Of a stretch of DNA of 48,011 bases, positions 34,608 to 45,922 are shown in pieces. The DNA is from Candidatus Omnitrophota bacterium (lineage in GTDB: Bacteria; Omnitrophota; Gorgyraeia; Duberdicusellales; Duberdicusellaceae), in the NCBI GenBank assembly GCA_015486615.1, contig WFRI01000051.1, forward strand, positions 1 to 48,011. The letters run 5' to 3'. Below the pieces are notes generated by a model. It was given only the letters and a program-made list of their open reading frames with translations, was not told the origin of the DNA and ran no database searches. Both the position numbers and the translations under genes were made by a program. Each line of letters opens with the position of its first letter. Within the stretch, counting starts at the first letter, position 1.

Positions 34608-36167
34608 TTATTTACGATGGTGTGTATGGGTCATTTCTAAAAAAGCCCGTAGTTTTTTGGAACGTGTTGGATGCTTCAGTTTTCTTAAGGCTTTCGCTTC
34701 TATTTGTCTTATTCTTTCGCGGGTAACGTGGAAAATAGAACCTACCTCTTCTAATGTTTTTGGGCTTCCGTTTTCCAGGCCGAACCTTAGGTCAAGAATT
34801 TTCTTTTCTCTGTCGTTCAAAGAATTAAGGGCTACGTTTATTTCTTCTTTGAGCATAGAGTAAACAGTTGCTTTTTTAGGTGATACTGCTTTTTTGTCTT
34901 CTATAAAATCACCCAAATGAGTATCTCCTTCGTCGCCTATAGGAGTATGCAGGGATATTGGCTGTTGGGATACATTTAATATTTCTTTTATTTTGCTTAC
35001 GGAAAGTTTTATCTCTTTTGACAATTCTTCCGTGGTCGGCTCGCGGCCCTTCTCCTGAAGGTAGAGCCGGGATATTCGTATTATTTTGTTTATGGTTTCG
35101 GTCATATGCACGGGTATTCTTATTGTTCTGGCCTGGTCGGCTATTGAGCGGGTAATCGCCTGTCTTATCCACCAGGTAGCATAAGTTGAGAATTTGTAGC
35201 CGCGTTTGTATTCAAACTTATCCACCGCTTTAATTAAGCCGATATTGCCTTCCTGAATAAGGTCTAAGAAGGTTAATCCCCGGTTTACATACTTTTTCGC
35301 TATGCTTACTACCAGGCGAAGATTTGCTTCTACTAACTTTTTCTTTGTCTTATTATAAACATGCTGTTTTTTAAGGATATCTTTGTAGTATTGAACTGCG
35401 TCTTTAAGAGGCATATTCAGCCGGCGGCTGAGCTGTTTTCTTTGTCTATAAAGCATATAAAGGCTGTTTTTGTTTTTGCCTTTCTTGTTTTCGTTTCCCT
35501 TTATTTTTCTCTGTTTTAACTTCTGTATCTTTTTTTCTAAAGAATCCAATTCCTTTATCGTCTTTCGAAACTCATGAATACAGTTTTCTATTATGGGTAT
35601 AGTAAAGTTATATTCATTAAGCAGATGAGAAACGTCGCTGTAGTAGCGGGTTCTGGCCAGTCTTGATGCGAGTTTGCGCAGTTTTCTGATTGCTGCTTCT
35701 TTGGATTTAATTTCTCCCTTGGTTACTTCGTCTATATTGGTCTCGTCATTTAAGATTTTTTTTGTCAATTCCAGATATACTTCTCTGGCTACGGAAGTTT
35801 TTAGCACAATTTCTCTTAATGCTTCTTCTCTTTCCTCTATTTTCTTGGCCAGGGTTATTTCTTCTTCCCGTGTCAAAAGAGGAATTTGCCCCATTTGTTT
35901 TAAATACATTTTTACCGGGTCGTCTAATGTCGTAGATGTTGCAGATTCATGTTGTTTAAGATTCTGCTTTTCCCATGTTTTTACTTCCTCTGTGTCTAAA
36001 ACGCTTATGTTCTGGGTTCCTAATTTTTCAAGGATAGCATCCAGTTCTTCGGGAGAGGAAATGTCCTCTGATAAAAAGTGGTTTATTTCATCGTAAGTAA
36101 GGTAACCTTTCTTTTTACCTAAGTTTATAAGCTGGGTTATACTATGTTCTAATGCTTTTTTTCTCAT
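34608..36167 (-). CDS. rpoD: RNA polymerase primary sigma factor (sigma-70)
   Basis: Region 2 [15 protein letters not shown], region 4 [20 protein letters not shown], and the region 1.2 motif [11 protein letters not shown]. The ATG at 36167 is preceded by an AGAGGGA SD. Confidence 0.95.
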   Translation of the reverse strand: MRKKALEHSITQLINLGKKKGYLTYDEINHFLSEDISSPEELDAILEKLGTQNISVLDTEEVKTWEKQNLKQHESATSTTLDDPVKMYLKQMGQIPLLTREEEITLAKKIEEREEALREIVLKTSVAREVYLELTKKILNDETNIDEVTKGEIKSKEAAIRKLRKLASRLARTRYYSDVSHLLNEYNFTIPIIENCIHEFRKTIKELDSLEKKIQKLKQRKIKGNENKKGKNKNSLYMLYRQRKQLSRRLNMPLKDAVQYYKDILKKQHVYNKTKKKLVEANLRLVVSIAKKYVNRGLTFLDLIQEGNIGLIKAVDKFEYKRGYKFSTYATWWIRQAITRSIADQARTIRIPVHMTETINKIIRISRLYLQEKGREPTTEELSKEIKLSVSKIKEILNVSQQPISLHTPIGDEGDTHLGDFIEDKKAVSPKKATVYSMLKEEINVALNSLNDREKKILDLRFGLENGSPKTLEEVGSIFHVTRERIRQIEAKALRKLKHPTRSKKLRAFLEMTHTHHRK

Positions 36168-37920
36168 ATTCCCTCTCATATATAGTATGTTTTATTAGTT
36201 GGTTATACCGCACCATTAAATTGTTTAAAAGTTCTGTATCTGCGTTTTCTTCTGCTTTGGCTATTTCTTTTTTCAGGTTCTCTTTGATTTTTTTCTCCCT
36301 TGCCTGCTGAACTTTTAATAAACATCCCTGCAAGGCTTCTTCTTTCTCCTCAAAGGGTTCTAAGGATAGTTTTGTTATTGTATCTATAAGATTTTCGTCC
36401 TCAAGGCTGGATATGAATTTCTTAAGGGAGAAGTCTTCGTGCCGGCCGGCAAATTTCTTTGCCTCGGATATAAATTTTCGGCCTTGAGGTGTTGAAAAAT
36501 CCTCATTGTCCAGAGTGTCTTTCAGCCATAGAAATGTCTCTTTGTCTGAAAGCATAAATTGGATTATGTTTTTCTGGTATAAAGGTATAGGTTCTGTGCT
36601 GATTTCCTGCTTTGTATTTTCCCGGTAACGGCTTTGCGGCCGGGACAGTTTTTTTATCTCTGTTTTTAGCGCTTCTTCTTCAATATCCAGGGTCTGAGCC
36701 AGATTTTTTACATATTCGCTTTTTACTACAGAGCCGGATATTTTGTTTATAGAAAGCAGCATCTCTTTTGCTATCTTAGATTTACTCATTATATCGTTAA
36801 TGTTGTAATTCTTTTTCATAGCCTCTATCTTATAGTCAAAGAAATCTTTGGCTGAGTTCAGCACTTTTATAAATTCCTCCCTGCCTTTTTCTTTAACCAA
36901 ATCCGCCGGATCATAGCCTAAGGGCAAAGAGGCCACCTTTATATTCAGGCCGTTTTCTAAAGCGATGTCTATTGCCCGCAGAGATGCGTTTTGCCCCGCT
37001 GAATCCCCATCGTAAGCAACGATAATGTTGTTTGTATATCTCTTTAGCAGATTAACCTGTTCTGATGTAAGCGCTGTGCCTGAGGATGCTACAATGTTTT
37101 TTATCCCTTCCTGCCAGGGGATTAGGATATCCAGATAACCTTCAACAATTATGCAAAATCCTTCTCTAATTATATGTTCTTTTGCCATATTAATTCCGAA
37201 AAGGCTGAGCCTTTTTGAATAAACTGGATTTTCTACAGTATTTATGTATTTAGGAGAAGGGTCGTTTTCTTTTATTTTTCTGGCACCGAATCCGATTACC
37301 CGCGATCTTATATCCAATATAGGGATTATTATCTTTTCCCTAAACATATCCAAATATCCGCCTTGGCTGCGGTTTGAAATTAATCCCGCTTTTTCCAATG
37401 CCGCCAGGCTTATTTTTTCCCTGCGCATATAGTCTATAAACGCAGCCGGGCCTTTAGGCGCATAGCCTAAAAGGAAATCCTTTGCTGTGTTTTCTTTTAT
37501 CCCTCTTTTTAATAGATAGGATAAGGCAGTTTTTCCTTCATTGGTTTTCCAGAGGTTATATCTGAAAAATTCCGCAGATTTTTGGTTTATTTCCCAGAGT
37601 GTTGTTTTAAAAACATCAGCCGGATTCCTTTTTTTAGGAATATTTATTGACAGTCTTTTTGCTAAGATTTCTACTGCTTCCGGGAAGGAAACTTTTTCGT
37701 AATGCATCAGGAATTGAATACTCCCTCCGCCAATCCCGCAGCCAAAACAGTGAAATATTTGTTTCTGGGGACTTACAATAAATGAGGCTGTTTTCTCGGT
37801 ATGAAATGGACAGCGGGCTTTAAAATTCCTGCCGGCCTTTTTTAAAGGTATATAGGAAGATATCAATTCTACGATATCGGCTCTGGCTTCAATTTCGTCA
37901 ATAATATTTTGAGGTATCAT
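36142..37920 (-). CDS. dnaG: DNA primase
   Basis: 592 aa with zinc ribbon [26 protein letters not shown] and TOPRIM motifs EGYLDIL and [11 protein letters not shown]. It is immediately upstream of rpoD, the classic dnaG-rpoD arrangement. Confidence 0.9.
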   Translation of the reverse strand: MIPQNIIDEIEARADIVELISSYIPLKKAGRNFKARCPFHTEKTASFIVSPQKQIFHCFGCGIGGGSIQFLMHYEKVSFPEAVEILAKRLSINIPKKRNPADVFKTTLWEINQKSAEFFRYNLWKTNEGKTALSYLLKRGIKENTAKDFLLGYAPKGPAAFIDYMRREKISLAALEKAGLISNRSQGGYLDMFREKIIIPILDIRSRVIGFGARKIKENDPSPKYINTVENPVYSKRLSLFGINMAKEHIIREGFCIIVEGYLDILIPWQEGIKNIVASSGTALTSEQVNLLKRYTNNIIVAYDGDSAGQNASLRAIDIALENGLNIKVASLPLGYDPADLVKEKGREEFIKVLNSAKDFFDYKIEAMKKNYNINDIMSKSKIAKEMLLSINKISGSVVKSEYVKNLAQTLDIEEEALKTEIKKLSRPQSRYRENTKQEISTEPIPLYQKNIIQFMLSDKETFLWLKDTLDNEDFSTPQGRKFISEAKKFAGRHEDFSLKKFISSLEDENLIDTITKLSLEPFEEKEEALQGCLLKVQQAREKKIKENLKKEIAKAEENADTELLNNLMVRYNQLIKHTIYEREYEKKSIRT

Positions 37921-37972
37921 ATCTTTTTATATATTCGCCTCGCAAAAGCACAGGCTTTAACCTGGATTGGCT

Positions 37973-38932
37973 CTATTTTTTGCGGCTGAACCTTCTAAAC
38001 CCGCCGCATTCTGTTACTGTTATTTTCTCTTTGGAAAATACAGCATCCAGCATAAGGTTTACGCCTAAGGTATCAGAAGACATATGCCCTGCTATGATAA
38101 CATTTAAGCGGTTTTCTTTAGCGGCTCTGAAATGCTCTTCTGACATATGCATACTGATTATTGTGTCTATCCCTTTATTTGCCAGTTCTTTGTATATGTT
38201 TATCGGGCCTTCTGTCCCGCCGGTAAATTCTATATGCAGGTTTTTTACCCGCGAGTTTTTGCTGCCGTTTAATATTTTAGGAGGACAGCTGCTTTTTGCG
38301 GCTTGCTGGTATTCAGGCATATCCATTAGAATATTCATTACTTCTTCTATCTTTCTCGGCTTCTTCTTAGTCAGGAGTTTTTTTAGATAGTCATAAGCCA
38401 TATTGTCGCAGGGAGTATGGAGGCAGATTAAGTTTACTCCTAATATCCGGGCGGCATCGTAAGTTTTGTTGTAGTTTATTCCAATAATCCGCCTTTCTAC
38501 CTGCGATTTCCTTTCTTCTAAAAGTTTCTCCGCTTGAGAAATGCTGATTCCCTGAGCAGAAAATATGTCTGCCTGCAGGTCCATTACCTCATAGAAATTT
38601 ACCAATGCTTTCCCCTGAGGATGGTGGGATATTACCAGATCTATTTTTCTGCCTTTTTCTGACAGCCTGTCAGACAGGAGAATGTCTGCTGTATCTATAT
38701 CTATCCCTGCGAGTATAGATTTGACTTCAGTTTCATTATCTCCGTTGATTATCCTTGTGTCAGAGAAAGGGTTCTTTAGAGATTCAAGGTCAAAATATTT
38801 TTTTTCAGAATCCGGGAGTTCGTTGTATTCCTTTTCTTTTTGTTTTAATATCTCCTGAATAAAATTTCTGCCCCGGGGGTCATGGTCAATGCCGTTTTGA
38901 ACGGCTTTTTGGTATATGTCCTTTAGTTTCAT
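37973..38932 (-). CDS. NIF3 (DUF34)-like dinuclear-metal-centre family protein (tentative)
   Basis: 319 aa with LVISHHP, CLHTPCDN and IIAGHMSSD histidine/aspartate motifs, consistent with the NIF3/GTP cyclohydrolase 1 type 2 family. Confidence 0.55.
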   Translation of the reverse strand: MKLKDIYQKAVQNGIDHDPRGRNFIQEILKQKEKEYNELPDSEKKYFDLESLKNPFSDTRIINGDNETEVKSILAGIDIDTADILLSDRLSEKGRKIDLVISHHPQGKALVNFYEVMDLQADIFSAQGISISQAEKLLEERKSQVERRIIGINYNKTYDAARILGVNLICLHTPCDNMAYDYLKKLLTKKKPRKIEEVMNILMDMPEYQQAAKSSCPPKILNGSKNSRVKNLHIEFTGGTEGPINIYKELANKGIDTIISMHMSEEHFRAAKENRLNVIIAGHMSSDTLGVNLMLDAVFSKEKITVTECGGFRRFSRKK

Positions 38933-39479
38933 AATATTTTACTACCTCCTGGTTAAATTCCGCTGTGTTAGGAAACAATCTTTTATATATATTGAAAGTT
39001 GATTTATAGTAGTTAACGCTGATATTTTTTATAAACGGAAAAATCAGAGATTTAACTTCAGATTTTACCAAATATCTCTGTTTTGCAAGCAATACGGTGA
39101 AAAAACAAATGCTGATTATAAACACGGCCCTTATTATTCCCGTCAGCAGTGATATCCAGCGTTCTATTACATAATGCGGCTCTATCTTAAAGAGCAAAGA
39201 TATTATTATCTTTATCCATCTAAACAACAGGCTTGTAGATAAAACTATAGCCGTAAATACTGAAGTATAGATTATCTTTTCACTTTTTATCGGCAGATAC
39301 TTTATTAGAAAACCGCCTATTTTTGTATAATAGTGAAATCCTAAAAATAGTCCGGAAAGAACTCCGCTTAACTTGAAGAATTCATTGATAAACCCCTGTT
39401 TGGCCGCAATGTAGAGAACTCTGATTATAATGACAAAACCTGCTATATCTACCCAATTTATTTTGGATAAGAACCTCAT
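38886..39479 (-). CDS. cvpA: CvpA family membrane protein
   Basis: 197 aa starting INWVDIAGFVIIIRVLYIAAKQGFINEF, followed by 4 TM helices, as in colicin V production protein homologues. Confidence 0.7.
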   Translation of the reverse strand: MRFLSKINWVDIAGFVIIIRVLYIAAKQGFINEFFKLSGVLSGLFLGFHYYTKIGGFLIKYLPIKSEKIIYTSVFTAIVLSTSLLFRWIKIIISLLFKIEPHYVIERWISLLTGIIRAVFIISICFFTVLLAKQRYLVKSEVKSLIFPFIKNISVNYYKSTFNIYKRLFPNTAEFNQEVVKYYETKGHIPKSRSKRH

Positions 39480-39517
39480 AATAATATATCATTCAATCTA
39501 TTAGTGTCAACTGCAAA

Positions 39518-40702
39518 CTAATCGCAGACTATGGTGTTTTTCCCCAGCGCTTTGGCTTTATATAAACGTATGTCCGCAATATTTATTAGTTCTTTTTTCT
39601 CTTTAGAGTTTTCCGGGAAAAAACTTAACCCCATGCTTAAGGTTAATTTCGTCCGGAATGCAGAAGTATTATTTATTGCTTCTTTAAGCCTTTGGGCTAT
39701 ACTGACAGCATCTTGCTTATTGGTATAAGGCAGAATAACGGCAAATTCCTCGCCTCCATAGCGGCAGATAATATCCTGCCTGCGGCAGGTTTCTTTGATA
39801 ATATTGGCTATTTTTTTTAGGGCTTCGTCTCCTTCTATATGTCCGAAGGTGTCGTTGTATTTTTTAAAATCGTCTATATCCATTATAATCAGGGCCAGGG
39901 TATTGTTATGTCTTGATATTTCTATAAGTTTTTCATTTAGTTTATGTTGAAAATATCCGTGGTTCCATAGGCCGGTTAGAGAATCTGTATGGGATTTGAC
40001 CAAAAGGTTTTCATATTCCTGAGAATTTTCTATAGCCAGAGATGCCTGAGAAATAAACATCTCCAGTATTTTTATATCAGCACCGGTAATAGGCCTTTTA
40101 GTAACAAAATTGTCAGCGAATATTATTCCGATAATTCTGTTTCTTGCCCATAAAGGAGAAAGAACAGCCTCTTGTGTGTTAAAAGTTTTGATTAAGAAGT
40201 CTTCTTGGGGTAAAGTTTTAGCCGCGTCCCGGCTTAAATATATATTCCTGTTCTCAATGATAACTTTGTAAATTATCCCTGCTTGGGAATTGTAAGGTAT
40301 TTCCAGAGATTGAACCAGCCGGAAGAATTCCGGCTGGTTTTCTGCTTGTTTTATTCGATGGTATTCGTTTATAAGATCATAGAGGTTTTTTCTGGAGCCT
40401 TCTATCCATGTCCAGATTTTATTGGCTTCTTCAGCGCTTGCCGGGCCTACTCCCATTTTGCCGCGTATTCTGTTTGTAGAGTAATCTATAGTGAATATAA
40501 CTGCCCGGTTAAAACCTAATCCCTGGCGGGAAGTAATTGCTGTAAGGATAACATAGAAGATTTCTTCTAATTTTAAAGTTGTCCGCATAGCTTTGGTTAT
40601 TTCGTAAAAAGTATTGAGCTCCGAGCGGGTCCGGTTGAGTTCCTGCTGGAGTTTTTTGATTGTATCGTCTGAATTTTGGCTGAAATTGTCAAATAATGCC
40701 AT
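39518..40702 (-). CDS. Diguanylate cyclase (GAF-like sensor plus GGDEF domain, GGEEF active site)
   Basis: 394 aa with C-terminal DSLTGLWNHGYF...DIDDFKKYNDTFGH..GD...RYGGEEFAVILP. The N-terminal part has a coiled coil plus a GAF-like region. Confidence 0.85.
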   Translation of the reverse strand: MALFDNFSQNSDDTIKKLQQELNRTRSELNTFYEITKAMRTTLKLEEIFYVILTAITSRQGLGFNRAVIFTIDYSTNRIRGKMGVGPASAEEANKIWTWIEGSRKNLYDLINEYHRIKQAENQPEFFRLVQSLEIPYNSQAGIIYKVIIENRNIYLSRDAAKTLPQEDFLIKTFNTQEAVLSPLWARNRIIGIIFADNFVTKRPITGADIKILEMFISQASLAIENSQEYENLLVKSHTDSLTGLWNHGYFQHKLNEKLIEISRHNNTLALIIMDIDDFKKYNDTFGHIEGDEALKKIANIIKETCRRQDIICRYGGEEFAVILPYTNKQDAVSIAQRLKEAINNTSAFRTKLTLSMGLSFFPENSKEKKELINIADIRLYKAKALGKNTIVCD

Positions 40703-40719
40703 AGTAAATCTAAAAGGTT

Positions 40720-43700
40720 TTATGAGACCGTTGTTTTTTCCGAATCCAGAAGTTTTACCGATACTATTTTTGACACTCCCGGTTCCTGCATAGTAACACC
40801 GTAGAGCACATTGGCTATGCTTATTGTTTTTTTGTTATGGGTTATTACGATAAACTGCGATTTTTCGGTAAAATCTTTAACTGTATGATTAAATCTGTCT
40901 ATGTTAGATTCGTCTAAAGGAGCATCTATTTCGTCCAGTATGCATAAGGGAGAAGGTTTAACTTTAAATATGGCAAAAATAAGGGCTATTGCTGTTAAAG
41001 ATTTTTCCCCGCCGGAAAGCAGAGATAAATTTTGCAGTTTTTTGCCGGGAGGCTGGACATTAATCTCTATACCGGATTCTAAGACGTTGCTTTCATCTAA
41101 GAGAGTTATTTTTGCCTGGCCGCCGCCGAACAGGAATCGAAAATAATCTTTAAACACTTCCTGAATTTTCTGAAAAGTTTCCAGAAATAATTCCCGGGAA
41201 AGTTTGTTTATTTTGGCAATGGCTTTTTTAAGTGTTTCTTTAGATAATAAAACGTCTTCTTTTTGCCGGTTTAGAAAATCATACCTTTGTTTCAATTCCT
41301 CAAATTCGTCGATAGCCACAAGGTTGACATTACCTAAGTTATTTTCCTTCCTTTTTAACTCTTCCTTTTTGTTGTTTAGTTCATCTATAGTTTCTTCTAT
41401 TTTCTGTTCCCGGACAGATTCTGCATCAAAATCAATTTGGTAAGTTTGAGTGAAGTATTCCTGAGTCTGAGTTTTGGAAAAATCCATATCTTTCAGACGT
41501 ATCCTTAAATCATATTCTTTTTGCTTTAGACCTTCTAATTCCTGAGCCAACCGGCTTATCTGGCCGTTTATGGTACTTTTCTGCCGGCTCAGATTCTCTT
41601 CTTCCCGGAGTATTTCTTCAAGATTGGTTTTTACAACATCGAGTTTTTCTCTGCTTGTAGCAATAGAAGCAGCCAACTTTTCAGTCTCTTCTTTTATTTC
41701 CTTTATTTTCTGTCCCGCGGAAGTTATCTCCCGGTAAATTTGTTCAATGTATGCGGATATTTTCTGCATATCCTGCCGGAAAATCTCTATGTCAGCAGTT
41801 TTGGCATTTTTTTCTTCTTTTAAAGATTCAATTTGGGTGGATAATTTCGCCGTCTCTATTTGCAGGTCTTTAATCTGGTTTGTGCTGTTGTTAATTGTTT
41901 CTGCTGTCTGGCGGATAAGGGAATTTTTTTCTTCTATCAGGCTTTCTTTAGCGGATCTTTCCTGGACCAGTCCAGATTCCTGCCGCCGGGATTCATTTAA
42001 TCCTTCCTCTGCTTCTTTTATGTCCATTTCTATAATAGAAATCTCTTCTTCCAGCCGGGAGGTATTTTCGTTAATGTTGTTTAAAGATTCTACTGTTGTT
42101 GCCAGTCTTTTATCAGCCTCTTTGGCTTTGCTTTCTATTTCTTCTACTCCCTGCTTTAATTGCGAAAGCGTATCTTGACCGTTCTGAAGGTTTGTATTTA
42201 AAGACAGAAGTTTTTCTTTAAGGGCGTTTATGTCATTCTCTATTTGGGAAGATTTTTGGGGAATTATTTTGGTTTTCATCCTGAATTTGAATATTTTTCC
42301 GGATTGATTCTCAAATATGCCTGCTGGCTGTTCTATTTTGCCGATTAAAACTGTCTGCAGAGGCAGTTCTTTATTTATAGATATTTCTATTTCTTCTGCC
42401 TGGGGGAACTGCTCATATTTGGTTTTTAAATCTTTGAGAAGTTCTAACTGAGATGAAAGTATTTCTATGTTTTTCTCAGTTTCTGCTATTTCAGTTTTGT
42501 CTTTTTCTATTTTGGACTCAGTATTTCTTATGTTATCTTGCACATCTTTTAACTGGGATGTGTAAAGGTTGAGGTTGTTAATCAACGAGTTTTTTTCGCT
42601 GGTTATTTCCTCCTGCCGTTTCTTGTAAGTAGAAATCTCCCCGGATACTTTAAGCCTTTCTAACTCCAGCCTTTTCTTCCTGGCGGACAGGGTGTTTATC
42701 TTTGACTGGATGTCTATTATCTGATTGGATATAGAAACTCGTTCCTCTTCTATTCCCAAAAGTGCTTCTTTTGCTTGTTTTATAATGTTTTTTTTCTGGA
42801 TTATGGTTTGTTCTAAGGCAGTTATTTCACTGCCGCAGGCTTTAATTCTCTCTTCGTTTTGCAGAATTGTTTCTCCAATCTTTTCTATTTCTTGTTCCAG
42901 CCGGGCAATACGTTCTTTTTGGCTTTGCCGGCTGGCTTTTTGTTCCTGTTGGTTTTGCCTTAATTGGTTTTCTCTTTGAGAAAATTCTTCTATTCTCTGC
43001 TGGTTTATCTGAATGTTGTTCTGAAAACGGGAAATATCCGCTTCCAGAGATATTATTTGCGATTGCAGGAATTCTTTTTCTTTGGCTTTGCCTATTGCTT
43101 TAGTTTCTATGTCTTTTAGAGACTGTTGATGCTGGGATATTTGCTGTTGGAGAAGATTTTCTCTCTCCTGTATTTGAGTTATGCCTTTGGATAAATTCTC
43201 CTGCTGCAAGTTTAACTCTCTTATTTTTAGGATTGTTATTTTGCGCTCAGTGTCTATAAGTTCCTCGTGTATTTCCTGATAGCGTTTGGCTTTCTTCACC
43301 TGCCGTTCCAATGAATTAATCTGCCTGCTGACTTCCTGAATAATATCTTCTACCCTTAGCAGATTATTCTCGGTGTCTTCTAATTTTCTGGCAGTTTCTC
43401 TTTTTTTCTCCTTATATTTTAATATTCCTGCGGCTTCATCAAAGATAACTCTTTTTTCTTCCGGTTTTGCCATTATAAAAGAATTGATTTTTCCCTGCAG
43501 GATAAAAGAATAACTTCCCTGGCCTAACCCTACAGAGTGCAGCATATCCTGGATATCTTTAAGCCTTGCCGGGCTTTTGTTAATATAGTATTCGGACTCG
43601 CCGGAACGGAAGAGTTTGCGGGTAATGCTTACTTCTTCAAAATCAATATTCAGCGCCCTGTCCTCGTTAGAAAAAACCATTGTTACCTCAGCATAATTTA

Positions 43701-43923
43701 ACGGCGGATGCGTGGCTGTGCCGTTGAAAATAATATCTTCCATTTTTGACCCGCGCAGGGATTTGGGGCTTTGTTCACCCAGTGACCAGACAATAGCATC
43801 AAACACATTGGATTTACCGCATCCATTAGGTCCTACAATTGCTGTTATGCCGGGTTCAAAGGCAAGAGATACCCTCTGCGGGAAGGATTTAAATCCATAT
43901 ATATCTATAGATTTTAGATACAT
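40720..43923 (-). CDS. smc: Chromosome segregation protein SMC
   Basis: 1067 aa with Walker A GPNGCGKSN, long coiled coils, the signature motif LSGGEKSLTAIAL, and Walker B ILDEIDAPLD. It is somewhat shorter than typical bacterial SMC. Confidence 0.9.
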   Translation of the reverse strand: MYLKSIDIYGFKSFPQRVSLAFEPGITAIVGPNGCGKSNVFDAIVWSLGEQSPKSLRGSKMEDIIFNGTATHPPLNYAEVTMVFSNEDRALNIDFEEVSITRKLFRSGESEYYINKSPARLKDIQDMLHSVGLGQGSYSFILQGKINSFIMAKPEEKRVIFDEAAGILKYKEKKRETARKLEDTENNLLRVEDIIQEVSRQINSLERQVKKAKRYQEIHEELIDTERKITILKIRELNLQQENLSKGITQIQERENLLQQQISQHQQSLKDIETKAIGKAKEKEFLQSQIISLEADISRFQNNIQINQQRIEEFSQRENQLRQNQQEQKASRQSQKERIARLEQEIEKIGETILQNEERIKACGSEITALEQTIIQKKNIIKQAKEALLGIEEERVSISNQIIDIQSKINTLSARKKRLELERLKVSGEISTYKKRQEEITSEKNSLINNLNLYTSQLKDVQDNIRNTESKIEKDKTEIAETEKNIEILSSQLELLKDLKTKYEQFPQAEEIEISINKELPLQTVLIGKIEQPAGIFENQSGKIFKFRMKTKIIPQKSSQIENDINALKEKLLSLNTNLQNGQDTLSQLKQGVEEIESKAKEADKRLATTVESLNNINENTSRLEEEISIIEMDIKEAEEGLNESRRQESGLVQERSAKESLIEEKNSLIRQTAETINNSTNQIKDLQIETAKLSTQIESLKEEKNAKTADIEIFRQDMQKISAYIEQIYREITSAGQKIKEIKEETEKLAASIATSREKLDVVKTNLEEILREEENLSRQKSTINGQISRLAQELEGLKQKEYDLRIRLKDMDFSKTQTQEYFTQTYQIDFDAESVREQKIEETIDELNNKKEELKRKENNLGNVNLVAIDEFEELKQRYDFLNRQKEDVLLSKETLKKAIAKINKLSRELFLETFQKIQEVFKDYFRFLFGGGQAKITLLDESNVLESGIEINVQPPGKKLQNLSLLSGGEKSLTAIALIFAIFKVKPSPLCILDEIDAPLDESNIDRFNHTVKDFTEKSQFIVITHNKKTISIANVLYGVTMQEPGVSKIVSVKLLDSEKTTVS

Positions 43924-43937
43924 AATAAAGGAAGAAA

Positions 43938-45134
43938 TTACTTTCTGATTTCCTTAAATTTTTTTGTCAAAAGAGGCACTATTTCGAATAAATCTCCGAC
44001 TAATCCGTAATTAGCCACTTTAAAAATAGGTGCAGAAGGGTCCTTATTTATGGCTACGATTATTTTGGAAGACTGCATTCCTACTAAATGCTGAATTTGT
44101 CCGGATATCCCACAGGCAAAATAAACTTTAGGGCACACTGTTCTTCCGGTTTGGCCTACCTGGTGTGAATAAGGTATCCAGCCGCTGTCTACTGCTGCCC
44201 GGGACGCGCCTATGGCAGCGTCTAAAGTTTCAGCCAATTCCTTTAAAATTTTGAAATTTTCCGGCCCCTGCAGGCCCCTGCCGCCGGAAACAATAATATT
44301 TGCTTCGGCTAAATTTACTGTAGAGGTAATTTCTTCTATGAATTTTATAAATTTTACCCGGTTGTCAATTATTTCGCCGGTTAAGTTTTCCTCTATTATT
44401 TCTCCTCTGGCATCGGGGATTATTTCTGCTTCCTGCATAACTTTGTGCCGGACCGTAGCCATTTGCGGCCGGTTGTCAGGACTGACTATTTGAGCCATTA
44501 TATTTCCGCCAAAGGCCGGCCGGGTCTGAATAAGAATTTTTTCTTTGGGATCTATGTCTAATCCTGTGCAGTCAGCAGTAAGCCCGGCATAGAGATTTAC
44601 GGCTATCCGGGAAACCAACGACCTGCCGCAGGAAGTTGCCCCGGCGAGGAATATTTCCGGCTTGTACTTTTTTATAAGTTTAACTATAGCATTGGAATAA
44701 TTTTCGGCAGTATATTCTTTTAATTGAAGCATATCTGTTACAAATACTTTTTGTGCACCTCGCTGGATAAGCTCGCCGGCTTTTTCTTTAATGTTATAGC
44801 CTAAAAGCACAGCGCCGACATAGGTGTTTAAGTCTTTTGCTAACTGTTGGGCCTTGTTAAGAAGTTCAAATACAACCGAAGATATTTTACCGCTGCGCTG
44901 TTCTGCAAAAACCCATACGCCTTTATATTCTTCTAATCCTTTCTGCTGTTTTTTCTGCTGACGGGAAATTTCTATGGCATTAAATTTGCAGACCTGAACG
45001 CAGGCTCCGCAAAGTGTACATTTAGCAATGTCAATAACCGCTTTTTTATCCTGCATAGATATCGCACCAAACGGACAGGCTTTGATACATAATCCGCAGC
45101 CGGTACATTTGTTTTTGATTATTTTTATGCTCAT
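43938..45134 (-). CDS. etfA: Electron transfer flavoprotein alpha subunit with N-terminal 2x[4Fe-4S] ferredoxin domain
   Basis: 398 aa with CTGCGLCIKACP and CTLCGACVQVCK cluster motifs, followed by the EtfA FAD domain (AVDSGW...QVGQTG...YFACGISGQIQH). Confidence 0.9.
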   Translation of the reverse strand: MSIKIIKNKCTGCGLCIKACPFGAISMQDKKAVIDIAKCTLCGACVQVCKFNAIEISRQQKKQQKGLEEYKGVWVFAEQRSGKISSVVFELLNKAQQLAKDLNTYVGAVLLGYNIKEKAGELIQRGAQKVFVTDMLQLKEYTAENYSNAIVKLIKKYKPEIFLAGATSCGRSLVSRIAVNLYAGLTADCTGLDIDPKEKILIQTRPAFGGNIMAQIVSPDNRPQMATVRHKVMQEAEIIPDARGEIIEENLTGEIIDNRVKFIKFIEEITSTVNLAEANIIVSGGRGLQGPENFKILKELAETLDAAIGASRAAVDSGWIPYSHQVGQTGRTVCPKVYFACGISGQIQHLVGMQSSKIIVAINKDPSAPIFKVANYGLVGDLFEIVPLLTKKFKEIRK

Positions 45135-45922
45135 AAATATTGTTTGAAGTCGTTTACAAATTTCTCTGTTATTTCTTCAGGTTCGCCTTCTAAAACTACT
45201 CCGCCTTGTTTCTGCGGAGGGGTAAATATTTTAACTACGTGTGTCGGCGAACCTTCTATTCCTAATTTAGAAGAATCCGCTCCTATTTCTGTTTTTCCCC
45301 ACACAGGTATTTGGGCTTTTTTCGCTTTCATTTTTCCTCTTAAGGAAGGCATACGGGGTTCGTTAATTTCTTTTACCACAGTTATCAAACAAGGCATTTC
45401 AATTTCTACTATTTCAAATCCATCTTCTACCAGCCGCTCTACAAGTATTGTCTGTTTGGCGCCTTTTGTCTCTATTTTGTCAATTTTGCGCACATAAGTT
45501 GCCTGCGGCAGGTTTAAATGCGCAGCAATTCCCGGGCCTACCTGGGCAGTATCTCCATCAGAAGCCTGTTTGCCGCAGATAATTAAGTCAAAGTCCTTTA
45601 TTTTCTTTATTGCCTGGGATAAGATATAACTGGTTGCCCAGGTATCAGAGCCGGCAAAGGATCGGTCAGAGAGGTGAACTGCCTGGTCAATTCCTAAAGA
45701 AATAGCCTCTCTTAAAGCAAAATCTGCCTGAGGCGGGCCCATAGTAATAACTGTAGTTGTGCCGCTAAACCTTTCTTTTAACCGCACCGCTTCTTCTATA
45801 GCATACATATCAAAGGGGTTGATGATAGATTCTACCCCTTCTCTTATTAAAGTATTGGTTTCCGGGTTGATTTTTACATCAGTGGTGTCGGGGACTTGTT
45901 TTATACAGACAATAATATTCAT
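45131..45922 (-). CDS. etfB: Electron transfer flavoprotein beta subunit
   Basis: 263 aa with MNIIVCIKQVPD and ICGKQASDGDTAQVGPGIA motifs. Confidence 0.9.
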   Translation of the reverse strand: MNIIVCIKQVPDTTDVKINPETNTLIREGVESIINPFDMYAIEEAVRLKERFSGTTTVITMGPPQADFALREAISLGIDQAVHLSDRSFAGSDTWATSYILSQAIKKIKDFDLIICGKQASDGDTAQVGPGIAAHLNLPQATYVRKIDKIETKGAKQTILVERLVEDGFEIVEIEMPCLITVVKEINEPRMPSLRGKMKAKKAQIPVWGKTEIGADSSKLGIEGSPTHVVKIFTPPQKQGGVVLEGEPEEITEKFVNDFKQYL